64,000 nucleotides of DNA. Source: Macrostomum lignano. Taxonomy: Eukaryota. Below, in pieces: positions 1-17,833 of this stretch. The notes under the pieces are model-generated. The model saw nothing but the letters and a program-made list of their open reading frames with translations, did no database searches and had not been told where the DNA came from. A program made the translations under genes and the position numbers. How positions within the stretch are numbered: position 1 is the first letter of the stretch; each line of letters starts with the position of its first letter. The stretch spans positions 1 through 64,000 of the forward strand of contig NIVC01000326.1 of NCBI GenBank assembly GCA_002269645.1, read 5' to 3'.

Positions 1-815
1 GACCCCAACTGACCTTTAGCAATGACTCATCTGAGTATAACATGACCCCAACTGACCTTTAGCAATGACTCATCTGAGTATAACATGACCCCAACTGACC
101 TTTCACGATGACTCATCTGAGTCTAGCCTGACCCCAAACTGACCTTTGACAATGACTCATCTGAGTCTAGCCTGACCCCAACTGACCTTTGACAATGACT
201 CATCTGAGTCGAGCATGACCCCAACTGACTTTGACAATGACTCATCTGAGTCTAGCATGACCCAAGCTGACCTTTAGCAATGACTCATCTGAGTCTAGCA
301 TGACTCGGCATGACACCAACTGACCTTTAGCAATGACTCATCTGAGTCGAGCATGACCCAACTGACCTTTAGCAATGACTCATCTGAGTCGAGCATGACA
401 CCAACTGACCTTTAGCAATGATTCATCTGAGTCGAGCATGACCCCAACTGACCTTTAGCAATGACTCATCTGAGTCGAGCATGACACCAACTGACCTTTA
501 GCAATGACTCATCTGAGTCTAGCATGACCCAAGCTGACCTTTAGCAATGACTCATCTGAGTCTAGCATGACTCGGCATGACACCAACTGACCTTTAGCAA
601 TGACTCATCTGAGTCGAGCATGACCCCAACTGACCTTTGACAATGACTCATCTGAGTCTAGCATGACCCAACTGACCTTTAATAATGACTCATCTGAGTC
701 TAGTATGACCCCAACTGACCTTTGACAATGACTCATCTGAGTCTAGCATGACCCTAACTGACCTTTAGCAATGACTCATTTGAGTTTAACTCGTAACATG
801 ACCCCAACTGACCTT
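1..815. repeat. ~43-bp minisatellite (atgaccccaactgacctttagcaatgactcatctgagtctagc)n in a fem-1 intron
   Basis: Direct tandem repetition from the window edge; units abut with no unique spacers. Confidence 0.95.
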
Positions 816-931
816 TTGAGTTTAGCATTACTTAAAGTTGACCTTTATGACCCAAACTGACCCAGAGTGACCCAATCGCAGCAGTTATCAGATTGAGCAG
901 CAAAAACAAAGCAGAATTTCTGTGGCCAAAC

Positions 932-6482
<5,551 letters not shown>

Positions 6483-7599
6483 TGCAAAAAACTTATACTT
6501 GCTCTAAATTTAACGGATCACTTTGCTACGTTGAATAATTTTTTCTGAAATTTAACAATAAGGGATCAGGATTAGACACAAATGCAACAACACAAGCCAA
6601 GCTCACAACTTCCTGTTTACATGCACTACCCTACACAGTACAATCAACAACTCATTGGAAAATAATCTCTTTCATTATGACAATGACTCTAAAGGAAACT
6701 ATAAGACTTTAAAATAGAAAATTGGAAAATTTGCGGCAACATAAATAGAAACGACACCAACTTAAAATTCGGATCTATTTACAAGAAATGTTTTAACGGT
6801 GATGACACAAGGGTATTACAAGATTAATGCTTCAGTTTCTTTGAAAAGCAAGTTAAATATTGCACTTAAAAATATAAGAACAGAAACACGTAATACTTGC
6901 CTCATTTATCTTTATTTGTGCCAAATTAATTTTAACAGCTTAAGTACAAATTTACTAATATATTTGCGCATTATCTACTCTATATTAGCTTTTATTTATC
7001 TAAATTTGATCAATCTGCATGTATTGAATTCAATACTACTTAAAGTAAACAGTTTAAAGAAAATCAAGCTAACTAATCGGCTTTTCAAAAACAATTCCAT
7101 TGGTCTCATCTCCAGGTCATATTAATCGGCAAGTGACTACTTATTTTTAAAGTAATTATAAAACTTGTCATGACTAGCAAACAATTATGATGACCAACAC
7201 TGAAAAGCAGGCTCTTAATTGCGTCATAGAAACATTGTAATTAATTTTGGAGTGTTAGGGGAAATTATGTTAGTTAATTCAGACTTGATAATGGGATAGT
7301 TTCAGCCGTATTTAGTTGCAAATCAAGATTTGTAAACATACTTAAAGAAAGGTTAAACAATTTTTTTAGTAAATGGACTCTTGTATTTCACTCTGATGGT
7401 TGTTTGAAATTGTTATGTGCGATCAGCAAATTGTAATTTTGTGCTTATTGTATTTCTTGAGGCACTGCTGAAGAAAACTAGGCAGTTGGCTTATTTTCCA
7501 TATAGGCCTATTAGTAATAGTAATAATTTATTACACCTGTCCAAATGGGCACATGTACAACCGACAGCAGCTGCAGCTATTGCGCGGCGCATCTGAAGG

Positions 7600-7860
7600 C
7601 TGCTGGCTGTTCAGTTCAAGGACTGAGGGGGCTCCCCACTCCCCACACAAGGCCTTTACAGCCTTGTGGAGTCGCCTCAATTGAGTTGCCCCAAATAATT
7701 CTGTATGAACTGAAGCGATGCAGGGTTAGGTGTCTTACTTACTCAAGACAAATTTTTCCAATTCATGGAAATCAAATCCAATCCATGGTATCAGGAATCA
7801 AACCCCCGACCTTCAAGTCGTGAGACCGCGACGCTCTAACCACTAGGCTACAACCCTGGC
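7600..7860 (-). mobile_element. tRNA-derived SINE
   Basis: Minus strand has box A TAGCCTAGTGG and box B GGGTTTGATTCC with tRNA spacing but no pairing acceptor stem; body has a tgtcttgag..aagacacctaacc motif like conserved SINE cores. Confidence 0.7.
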
Positions 7861-9147
7861 CTGTTGTGTCTAGATATTCTTACATTAGCTAAAAGGTTCC
7901 CCTTACCTACATTCAGAAATATTGAAGTGGCCTCGCACACCCATGATAGATTTGAATATGTGTTCAGCTTATTCGGAGTAACTATTAATTTCAGCGAGCA
8001 ATATTTGATACTGAGCGTTTTTATCGTTCGGTGGGTAGTCGTCTCATCAGTGCCACGACTGTCGCTGTCACGGTTTGACGACAGTATAAATCATTCACTA
8101 AATCTAGTCTATACGCGTCAGACCCAGCCAACCACCGCATCCTCACTCCATCTGATCCCACCGCGTCTCAAACGATCTTTACTTCTCTACTACATTTTTC
8201 TCTGTCTTTCCCCAGATCTCTCTCTCCCCACTGATGTAAATGCATTTTTATCGACCCATCAGAGTTCCCCCTGTTATGTGTTCCCAAATTTATTCTCTAA
8301 TATTGTGCCAAGCCAGAACAAGCAGCAGGTCAATCCGGCCTCAGCGCGATCCTTCTTGTAGAAATCCTTCGGGAAATGGACCCGGGGGACTGCTGGGAGG
8401 AAGGAAGATGTGAGTCGATGGCAAGAGAGCAAGAGTTGCTATTGAGAGCTGTGAGCAGGAAACGCTTGGCTATCTTTTGCGAACAGAACCGTTGTGTGCG
8501 GGCAAGTGGTGCTAGCAGCTTGTCAGACCTGCTGCTAAGTGCGGGTGTGCAGAAGGATCTTGTTTCATTTTTCAGATATGTCGCTCTCGATTCCCTCTTT
8601 TTCCTCTCATTGCGTGAACGCAAAATTGTTGGTTGCAATGAAAATTATATGCTGAAGCGATGTATATCGCTGCTCACTCACTGCTCCCTGCAATTCCATG
8701 TAGGCCAGCTTTACTGCGCCTCGCTGCAATAGGCATCTTTATCCGATTAGCAATCTCACACTATAAATTGATGTGGCTCCTCGTCGAGTCTGCATGCAGC
8801 TCAGCGAAATTTTACTCCATCGCTGCAGTGCTGAGCTGCTTAATGCTTGTATTTATGGCGAATCTCGAGTTAATATTATCTGCTTCCCAGAGTCTGTTCA
8901 GAAATATTTTTATCCTTAAACAAAAAAAAATTATACGCTTTGAGTTCTATAGCGTGATCATATGGTTACGATCGGAATTGAAATCTGAAGAAATTGAAGA
9001 AAAATTATAAAGGAATAAAAAAGCGAGTGATTATAATCATTTAGAATGGCTTTTGTATTCCTGGGGTGGGAATCGGCTTTTTGTCTAGTATACTGGTATA
9101 TATTGATGGGCTGCAGAGGGCAGAAACGAGCTATAACGCCGAGGCGC

Positions 9148-9404
9148 GTTTCACGGCCCGTTGAGACTGTCTATGGTAAAATCCCATTTACTCCTATGTA
9201 TTCAGTCGGTTTCACGGCCCGTTGAGACTGTCTATGGTAAAATCCCATTTACTCCAATGTATTCAGTCGGCTTCACGGCCCGTTGAGACTGTCTATGGTA
9301 AAATCCCATTTACTCCAATGTATTCAGTCGGTTTCATGGCCCGTTGAGACTGTCTATGGTAAAATCCCATTTACTCCAATGTATTCAGTCGGTTTCACGG
9401 CCCG
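9148..9404. repeat. 61-bp tandem repeat, ~4.2 copies, probably inside a non-autonomous element
   Basis: gtttcacggcccgttgagactgtctatggtaaaatcccatttactccaatgtattcagtcg recurs with period 61; followed by a gggtgtgggggcggagcc motif like that at ~36885. Confidence 0.9.
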
Positions 9405-10817
9405 CTGAAAATGTCTAAGGCAAAGTCAAAAGAAAGCGGGGTCAAGGGGCGCTGAGCCCCCTTGCGGGGGTGTGGGGGCGGAGCCAAAACTCCTTATTTT
9501 GCGAATTAAAAAAAGTAACTGATACTAAGCATAATTTAGCAGTACTAAGCTTTACTTTCAAAATCTACAAGTTGTAGAAACATTAACTAGATACTTACTT
9601 ATATGCATACGAGGTTTTTTACTTATGGAAGTCGGCCATAGCCATAGATTATTGCAGCGGGCGAGATGCAGTGCGTTTCACCCCGTTTCAACACGCCTAG
9701 ACTAACTATAACAGCTACATGTAGCTAGTTCGAGAATGATAATTCATAGCGCTATATTCTGTGCTATATCCTGCAAGTACAAGCAAAAAGGGCACCCGCC
9801 ATACTCTCCTGATATCTGCTTCAAGTTGAGGAACTTTAATCATGTATTTTAACTGTAACAAACGCTTTAACAAAAAGAAAATCCAAGCAGATCAAATATA
9901 AATAAAAAGCAGGTTTCATCTCTACAACGACAATGTACTCGCAGAGTGCAAGCTGAGGGCTGTCGCGCACTTAACTGGCTTACACGTAGCAGAGATTATG
10001 CCGGAAATTAGCTCGTGTATAAAGGACGGGGTATAAAGAAACGGGCCAATTACTAATGTAGCGATCATTCTGAGACTATGAGTTATAATATAATAGTAGC
10101 AGCATAGTCAGCAGTTTCACGTCCTTGTACACAAATTACCAATTGCTGAAGTGACTAAAAATTAAAAATTTCTATATGCTTTCACTCGATAATAAGCTGT
10201 AGTCCAGAATTTAGACGTACAGCATAATGATGATATATATAGCATGCTCGACTGCTCGTAGTACTCGTTAAAAGGAAATACAAAAATAGTTGAATCGTTA
10301 GTAAAAAACATATTCTTACATGTACGTGACAATTATAACTAGCTATATCAAAATATCTAGGCGCTTACTTACGTGCAATTAACATTGAATGTGAATAACA
10401 TATGGTTGATAATGATAATGCAACAGAAAATTGCTTTCTTCTTAAACAATTCTGAATACTTTCTGCCTGACCCGCTATAAACAGCAGAGTGCTAAACTAT
10501 TTAACAGAGCGGTGTGCAGACATATGTTGTGCCGTTACATTATTAGCGACGATTTTTAGAACAAAGTTTAATCCAATGGCTAATAAAATCTAGTCTAAAA
10601 TTCTGATAGGATTAATTGGTTGATTAACTCCTGGTTAACTTCTACCAGTGACTTCTCTTGGTTTGCCTGTCTTCAGTCTTTCTTCCATAAGCTTTCAACT
10701 TTGGATGTTGGTTAATTTTATTTTAATTTCCGTTAGCTATTTTAACTTTAGTTTTCAACTATCACCGCCTAATTACGCACCTGTAGACCCAGAAAGTTCA
10801 AACAAGTGAACTATCAA

Positions 10818-12140
10818 TCACGCCTGAGCGCCAGTAGCGAACCGCGAATGAAGCTGTTGCATGTGATGGAGCTGCTGTTGCTGGTACGGCATTCTAGGCA
10901 ATGTCGTGCTGTTGGAAGCAGCGCTGACATTGTCCGCCCCCGTATGGTTGCCCAGCAGACTGGCGGATGCTGCTGCGGCTGCTGATGATCTCGCCAGAGT
11001 TGTCTGACGAGACAGCAGCAGCGGCGAGTTGGGGTTTGCCGAAGACAACTGATTGAAGGTCGCTCCTCCGTCATCGTGGTCTCCGATGTTGACGGCATTG
11101 CTGGTGTCAGCCGCCGCAGCTGCCGCAGCCGCTGTGACCTCTTCTTCGTCCTCGGCGTTGCCCTGAATGACGGCCATGTGCCAGAGGCGCAGAAACTGGC
11201 ATGGAGCCAAAGCACCGACAGTTGCAATATTGAGCAACGCGGAGAAGTAAACAACTGCCGACTTGATGATATAACCGTAGTACAGCTTTCTGGTGCTCTG
11301 CGTCCCGGCGACGTTATCGAGCTCGACGCTCTCCGTGTAGGCGGCTGCGCAGGAGCTGAGCAGAGTGAACGCAATGAGCAAAAGGCATGCGATGGTGCTG
11401 GCCTGATGAATCATCAGCTTCAGGTTGAGAACCATTGCTAGACCTAGCGTGAGTCCTAGGAGGCCCATGTGCAGTCCGCCTGCGTAGTTGTACTTCTGCG
11501 TCACGGAGAGCATCATGCCAGATGCAAATGCGCTCAAACTGGCAATCGAGGTGGCGATGACTGCCCCGGTGCAGACGACAACCGGTGGCCGAAACTGGTT
11601 GAACCGACAGACTGCGTAGTCCCTGTAGCGGTACAGCCGTCGAGTGAGCGAGACGCACAGGCACACCGAGCACACTGTGTTGATGCAGTTCATCAGCATC
11701 TTTGCAAAATTGTCAATCGACTGTTTGGCGTCGTGCCAAGCGTCTTTAGTATCGAGAGCGCCGAAAGTCAAGCAGATGGCGGATAGGATTGCCTGTCCGG
11801 AGGAGAGCAACAGCGCAGCGATGACCACCTGCTTGCGTATGCGGATGCTGGCAACGACTACGCCCAGCAGACCCACCAGGATTGACAGCACGCCGCATAA
11901 AAACTGCAACACAATGAAGAACACCGTGAATCTTGTCATTTGGCCGGTGCCAGCGCCTACGCCACCAACTCCAACTAGAACATAGGTGGTGTCGCTCTTC
12001 TTCTCGACCAGCCGCGGTAGCTGGCCGATATTCATGGAGTTGAGCACTGAACCGCTGGCCAGGATGGAGCCTGAGCTCAAGAGGCTGGGCAAATCCAGGA
12101 ACTGACCCGGAAACACGGCTGCAGCAGCTTGGGCCGACAT
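10818..12140 (-). CDS. Single-exon 440-aa membrane protein, ~7 hydrophobic helices and an Ala/Gln-rich tail; family not recognised
   Basis: Long open frame with coding-like composition; pyrimidine tract plus AG acceptor (12144-12143) two bases before the ATG; seven 20-28 aa hydrophobic segments. Confidence 0.75.
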   Translation of the reverse strand: MSAQAAAAVFPGQFLDLPSLLSSGSILASGSVLNSMNIGQLPRLVEKKSDTTYVLVGVGGVGAGTGQMTRFTVFFIVLQFLCGVLSILVGLLGVVVASIRIRKQVVIAALLLSSGQAILSAICLTFGALDTKDAWHDAKQSIDNFAKMLMNCINTVCSVCLCVSLTRRLYRYRDYAVCRFNQFRPPVVVCTGAVIATSIASLSAFASGMMLSVTQKYNYAGGLHMGLLGLTLGLAMVLNLKLMIHQASTIACLLLIAFTLLSSCAAAYTESVELDNVAGTQSTRKLYYGYIIKSAVVYFSALLNIATVGALAPCQFLRLWHMAVIQGNAEDEEEVTAAAAAAAADTSNAVNIGDHDDGGATFNQLSSANPNSPLLLSRQTTLARSSAAAAASASLLGNHTGADNVSAASNSTTLPRMPYQQQQLHHMQQLHSRFATGAQA

Positions 12141-15100
12141 CTCTGAGTATTAAAAAATGAAAACTGACTGACCGGAACAAAGACAGAAACGGAAAAGTTT
12201 TGACGAAAATGCGCTCCTATTTGGGTGCCATTGTCGAGCATTTCACCACCGTCGAATGACTTCTTCGAGATTCCATTTAGCCGGCGCTGCCTTACAGATT
12301 ACTGCAGGACAAACTTTTTGTCTCTGCGCCCATCTATTTTAAACAGCGGTTTTGAGCCTGGCTCTGGGGCGGCTCGCAATCTATCGCTGGCAGGAGCTGA
12401 AAAAAAAGAGAAAGAGAAGGATATGGAGTCAGGGGGAGAGATGCAAGTGATGAGGGAGGAAGCTTGAATGGGATTGGAGGGAGTTGGTTGGGGGCAGGGG
12501 AGAGGAGTTTGGGAGCGAGTGACGGGGCGAAGAGACTGAGGCCGGGGAGTCAGTGGCGGAGTGGCTAGACGGGACAGCCGTGGATAGGAGGGGTCAGTTT
12601 GCTAGAATTGGCTTACGCTGCTGCCGCACTTGTATGGAAACTGACGTGGAAGCGAGGGCTCAGGTTAGGGATGAAGAGGTAAGGGATGAGACAGAAATAG
12701 GGGAGCTATGGTGGAAGGATTGAGGAAATGTGGGGGAAATAAATTAAAATAAATTCATACATCGCGGACCCCTACTGCGCTTGGCTGAAGACCGCCGATC
12801 TCGTTTTCTCTGCTTCTGCTTGCGCCTCTTTTTACTCTATTTTTATCTCCCCGTCCGTTCGCCTCCAAACTCCGGCCACTATTTTCGCAAGAAATATACT
12901 TATAAAACGGTGAAATCTATGAATTTGGGCTGCAATTTGATTGTCGGGTGAGCAACTGCCACTCACTCTCTCGTCTGTCTCGATCTTTCTCGGTTGAAAG
13001 TCTCTGCTACAAATTGCATTAGCGCGTTGGCCAGCGCTTCGCAACGGTAGAAACTGCAGTTGTCCCTCATCCATCATGCCAGACTGCCTTAGTTTTGTGG
13101 GTGTCGGTGGAGGGTGAGGGCAAGACACCACTAAAACACTGCCGGCTGCTGCATAAAACAGCAAGAGGCTTCCGCAGTGGCGGCCGCTACCCGATACTGG
13201 TCAGCGGCCGCATGCAAATTGCAACCGCAACGTCCCAAAAAAATCGCGTATGGGCACTCGCGATAGGCACTCTGCTCATCCCCGCTTCGTACGCTTATCC
13301 TCTGACCCGCAGTCCAATATCGCTACCTATGTAGCTGCATACAACAAGCCTACACAGGTGCGGTCAAAATTGGATGCAATATTTTGAGTAGGGGGGGGGG
13401 GAGCACTAGCTATAGCATGCGGGTAGGGCAGCTCAATGCAGCGTTGTCCCGCTAAGGAACTAATGAGATTCCTGTTTCGTCTCGCAACTCGCCCCCTCCT
13501 CCTTCCCATGTCATTCTATCTCGTTAATATGCAGAGCATTGCCTTTCTTCAATACGCCTCAGTGTTGCCATCTGCTTGCTTTCCAAGCGGAAATAAGAAG
13601 ACTTTGCTGTCCATTGGCTGGCTAAACTGTTCAGGATCGCTAATTACCTATTAATGATTGCTTTTTCCAAACAATAACTTTATTCTACTATGAGTTGGTA
13701 GTGTCTAATTTTCATTTCCGTAATAACTGTTTCTCCGGCTTGTGATTGAAATTTTTCCGAGCTTGCAGTGGAGTACTGATGGTCACTTGGCACAATTCGT
13801 GCAGAGCGATGCCTTTCTAAATCCGCCTGCTTTTCAGCCAATTAGCTAACAACTTAATAAGCTTGGTGTGAGCAAGCGAGATAGCCGGTAGTAATATCAG
13901 ATACGTGGTGCTTGTCGCGCGTTTTTTATCTTCCGTGCAACATTTCGACGTCCGGCGATTCATCCGATGTACCTGACGTTTGATGGACGTTGCTGGCAAA
14001 CGGAGACGGAGACGGAGAACGACGTCGGAAACATCGGCCCACGTCATCAAGATAGGGTTGCTACACTATAAACTAGTTCACTCTTATAACCGGAGTTCAA
14101 AAGAAGAATATTTTTTTAATTTTCCATTAGTTACTGGGATAAACTTACTAAGTAGTTAACTTTCGTAAACCTGTAGTGACAATTTTGGGGCTTCCGACCT
14201 GCAGAAAGTGCGATTGGTTCGGCTTTTGTGCAGAACTTCTCCCACCGCCCCCTGCGTGATCAGCATTGTGAGCCGATTTCAACTTTCTATCCCCCAGTCC
14301 CCGAGCACAAAGCGTCCCTTCCTCCCCGCTTTCCCATTTGCATCCCCAGGAGGCCAAACAGAATTAAGCCCCCCCCCTCTTTCGTTCTACTCTTTCTCCA
14401 GAAGAGATTGCCCTTATAGAAGCACTAAAGCATAGTAGCTAGTAGAAGCAGTGTTTTCGCGATCTCGCTGCAACTCGAGGATTAAGCCGCTGCGTGAAAA
14501 ACTCGACAAGCCTGATGGCCTGCCAGACCTCAAATCATGTCCATATAGTGAGCAGTGAGGCGCCGGTCCTGCCCCAGCAGTGCCGGCGGTACCAGTGCAT
14601 TATTAGTTATTTATTGATGCGTGTCTCAGCTCGTTCTTTACTGCATAAATAATTTTGCAAGCCAGATTGAATCAGCCCAAGCCCTCTTGCTGTCCTACGT
14701 CTGTTTTGGCTTTTGACAAAAGTGCAAGTGGACGCCCCCCCAACCCGCTCTCTCTCAGTCTCTCCCCGACTCTCGCTCTCATTCTTTCTCCCATACTTAT
14801 AATGTTTCCTGAGAGCCAGAAGCTACTGAAGCCTTTCTCTCTCTCTCTCGCCCTCTCTCATCTCTTTCCGCTTTTTCTTCAGGCCATTTTACAAATGAGA
14901 AATCTGTCCCTTTCTTCTTTCGGTCGTGCAGCCTCTTTATTTTGTTGGCCCGGAGCTCGCGCGTCCGCCCAGCGATCCTCTTGCTTCAGAGAGCTCAATA
15001 AACTGAGGAGGACCAAGGAGGCAGTCATGGAGAGGAGGGTGAGGGCCAGTCCCGTCCTAGGGCGCTTTGAGCTCTTAAAATATGCCTGAGAATGGGTCGC

Positions 15101-16852
15101 CTGGAGTGGAAGCTGGATGGCGTGTTGACCGCTGTTGGCTCTGAGCGAGTCGTAGCGGTCTTGGCTGGCTATTCGAACGCTCTGGACTGCGAAGACTAGA
15201 CAGCTGTACAAGCAAGGGGGTGGAGAATAAATTATTGTCGAGTCGGTCAATCTCTGGCCAGTAGAATGGAGTAAAAGTTCAAATGGACTTTTTTCAAAAA
15301 GCTAAACTACAACAAACGCATCTACGCATATAGATTAAACTTCCTAACACATTTTCTTTTCTTTTGGTCGAAATGAACTTGGTGACACCTGCAGACGACA
15401 AGGCAGTGCGAATGGACTGTAATGCATTTAAGGTTTACTTGTTGCGGGCTGTTCCGGGTAAAATTCCAACTGACTCCGTTTGCCCCGGCATTGGGGCATC
15501 AACAGGTGGGATTTTGATTGTTGTTGGCGCCGGTGGGAAAACCTGCAACCCGCAGCTCTTACCTGTCTGGCGTGCGCACAACTAGGGCGGGTAGGGAAGG
15601 TTTCCAACGTGACAGCTCCTCGGCGGCCCATTCATCGAAAAGGTTTAGCACAGTGCTAATGACTAATGGGACATTGTCCCTACTGTAGCTCGTCACCAAA
15701 TTCTTTGCGCGTAAGATGTATTAATATATTTGCTAAATACACGCAGCAGTTTTTAACAGTATAGGATGGGGGTTGCAAGACTAGGCCTTTCACTCTTCTT
15801 CGGTGTCTCGCAACGCCTCCAATGGCCTTGGGAGCAGAAAGGTACAGAGACGGAATTTCTCCCTATATTCCCAATAGAGCTTGTACGCTGCTAATACTCT
15901 TAATCCCTCGCTCCCGTGGATTCGAGCTAAAAAATTCAGCTTTCATGTCTGCCCCTCCCCCCTTTATTTCTCTCTCTCTTTGGCATTGGAGGGCCACAAT
16001 CCAGCCTTCCGCAACACTGCATCTCTGACCCCTGCCTCCTCGCTCCCTGCGGCATAATGGGAAGGGGATTCCCCATGGCCCGGGGTTCGATGAGGAACAC
16101 AATCTCAAACACATGCGCGCGGTGCACTCTCACACGCCAGTAGGTTCTTTGACTTAATATCCTAGCTGCTGCTTTCTTACCCCCGTATTGCATGCTCCCA
16201 GCTGTTTCCATCATCAAACTCAGCCCCCTGGGGCCCTAGCTCCCATTCTCCTTCTCAATCCGTCTCATTTATTCGTCAGTGCGGCGTCTCTTAACATCGC
16301 CGGCGAGCCGCCATTGCCAGCGAGGCAATTTCCGCCCCCTTCCAGACCTCCTAGTTTTTGGGGAGCCCAAGCTCGATCGCCGCTCCGTCTCAAGACTGTT
16401 TCCATTCGCTTCTCCAGAGCTCGGGACCGCTAGCGCTTCGGTCTTGTATCGCTGTGCTTTCAATCTGCGCATGACCCCACCAGACTCTGTAAGCTAGATA
16501 TTTCAAGCTAGATAAATGTTTCAAGTAGTGGCATTTAACACCTTCGATAGAAGATATTTGTTGTAGGCCTTTATAAATGCAACCAAACTGTTTGTATCAT
16601 TATCAATGTGTACACGTAAGTAAAAAAGGTAAAACAAAACGTAAAAACGCTTGCTCGTATCTATTACAAGTGTAAGCAGATTTATCATCAAAACGTTTAG
16701 TCCTGCTCGCTAGCATCTACTAACAAGTAATATACTTTTATGCTAAGAAACTAAAGTCGATATTTAAAGTAGAGTCACAGTTGCACGTACCCCTTAGTTT
16801 ACAAACCATCTGGTGTTCATTACAGAAATCATCGCCAAAAAAGAGAAGCCAA

Positions 16853-17833
16853 ATGTCACAGACCAGCAGCTCTACGACAGCCAAAGTCACCATCGACCTG
16901 GTGCTGAAGGTTGGCGGCAGCTGCCTGACTGACAAATCCGGCCGTGAGCAGCTCCGCCAGGACGGTCTGGACCGACTGGCCGAGCTGGCCACCGCTATTG
17001 AAGCTGTTGAGGTGGATGATGATGTCGATGACGGCAACGCAGGCTACGTCCAGAGACGTCGACGACTTCGTTGGGTGCTGCTGCACGGTGCGGGCTCCTT
17101 CGGCCACCCGCACGCAACCGACGCCCGCCTTACCGACGGCATCGACGCTCGTCAACTGGCAAAGCTGTCGCCGGTGGAGCTTCAGCAACGCCGCCTCGGC
17201 TTCTGCGACACTCGCAGGGCGGTGCAGGACCTAGCCGGCCGGGTTGCTGCCTGCCTCGTGAAAGCCGGAATCCCAGTCACTGTTCTGTCGCCATGCAGTC
17301 ACTTCAGCGACGTGACCGATTTCGTCGGATCGCACTGTCCACCGGGACTGGTAGATCGCATCAGTGACCTCCTTCAGGCCGGGTTCGTGCCCGCGCTGCA
17401 TGGAGACGCCGTGCTGGCTCTCGATCGTGACGCCACTGACGAGACCACCGTCGGCTGGTCGGTGCTCGGCGGCGACGCCCTCGCTGCCAAGCTGGTCGAG
17501 TCGTTCGACCTGCGGCGCGCCGTTTTCGTTACATCCTCAGGCGGAGTCTTCAGTCAGGACCCGGCCACGGCCCCTCCGGGCATGGCTCACTTGCTGCCGG
17601 AGATTCGTCTCGGTGGAGGCAGCTCTCAAGACGTCGCTGGAGTTGGCGGCGCTGCGCCCGGAGTTTCCGACGTTACCGGCGGCATGCGCGGCAAGCTGGC
17701 GGCCGCGGTGCGCCTGTTGAAAGCCAGCCCGAACACGGTGGTCCGCGTGTGCGGCTGGGAATCGGCGCTGGCTGCCTGCCTGGACACGCGCGGCGGTGAC
17801 GGCAGCTGCGGGACCCGCGTCCTGTCTGAGTGA
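16853..17833 (+). CDS. ipk: Isopentenyl phosphate kinase-like protein (amino-acid kinase superfamily), intronless
   Basis: Motifs VLKVGGSCLTDK, LLHGAGSFGH, GFVPALHGDAV, SVLGGDAL and DVTGGMRGKL typify IPK; acceptor tcattacag at 16825, ATG at 16853 in the listed ORF frame. Confidence 0.88.
   Translation: MSQTSSSTTAKVTIDLVLKVGGSCLTDKSGREQLRQDGLDRLAELATAIEAVEVDDDVDDGNAGYVQRRRRLRWVLLHGAGSFGHPHATDARLTDGIDARQLAKLSPVELQQRRLGFCDTRRAVQDLAGRVAACLVKAGIPVTVLSPCSHFSDVTDFVGSHCPPGLVDRISDLLQAGFVPALHGDAVLALDRDATDETTVGWSVLGGDALAAKLVESFDLRRAVFVTSSGGVFSQDPATAPPGMAHLLPEIRLGGGSSQDVAGVGGAAPGVSDVTGGMRGKLAAAVRLLKASPNTVVRVCGWESALAACLDTRGGDGSCGTRVLSE

Noticed and set aside
7790-7860. tRNA gene
   Set aside because: Acceptor and anticodon stems do not pair; better explained as a SINE head
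8310-9010. Possible small exons or a hydrophobic ORF on the plus strand
   Set aside because: Splice-like sites are present but I could not build a consistent frame or recognise a product
14880-15640. Possible minus-strand exons upstream of the 440-aa gene
   Set aside because: No recognisable peptide; may be UTR exons but unsupported
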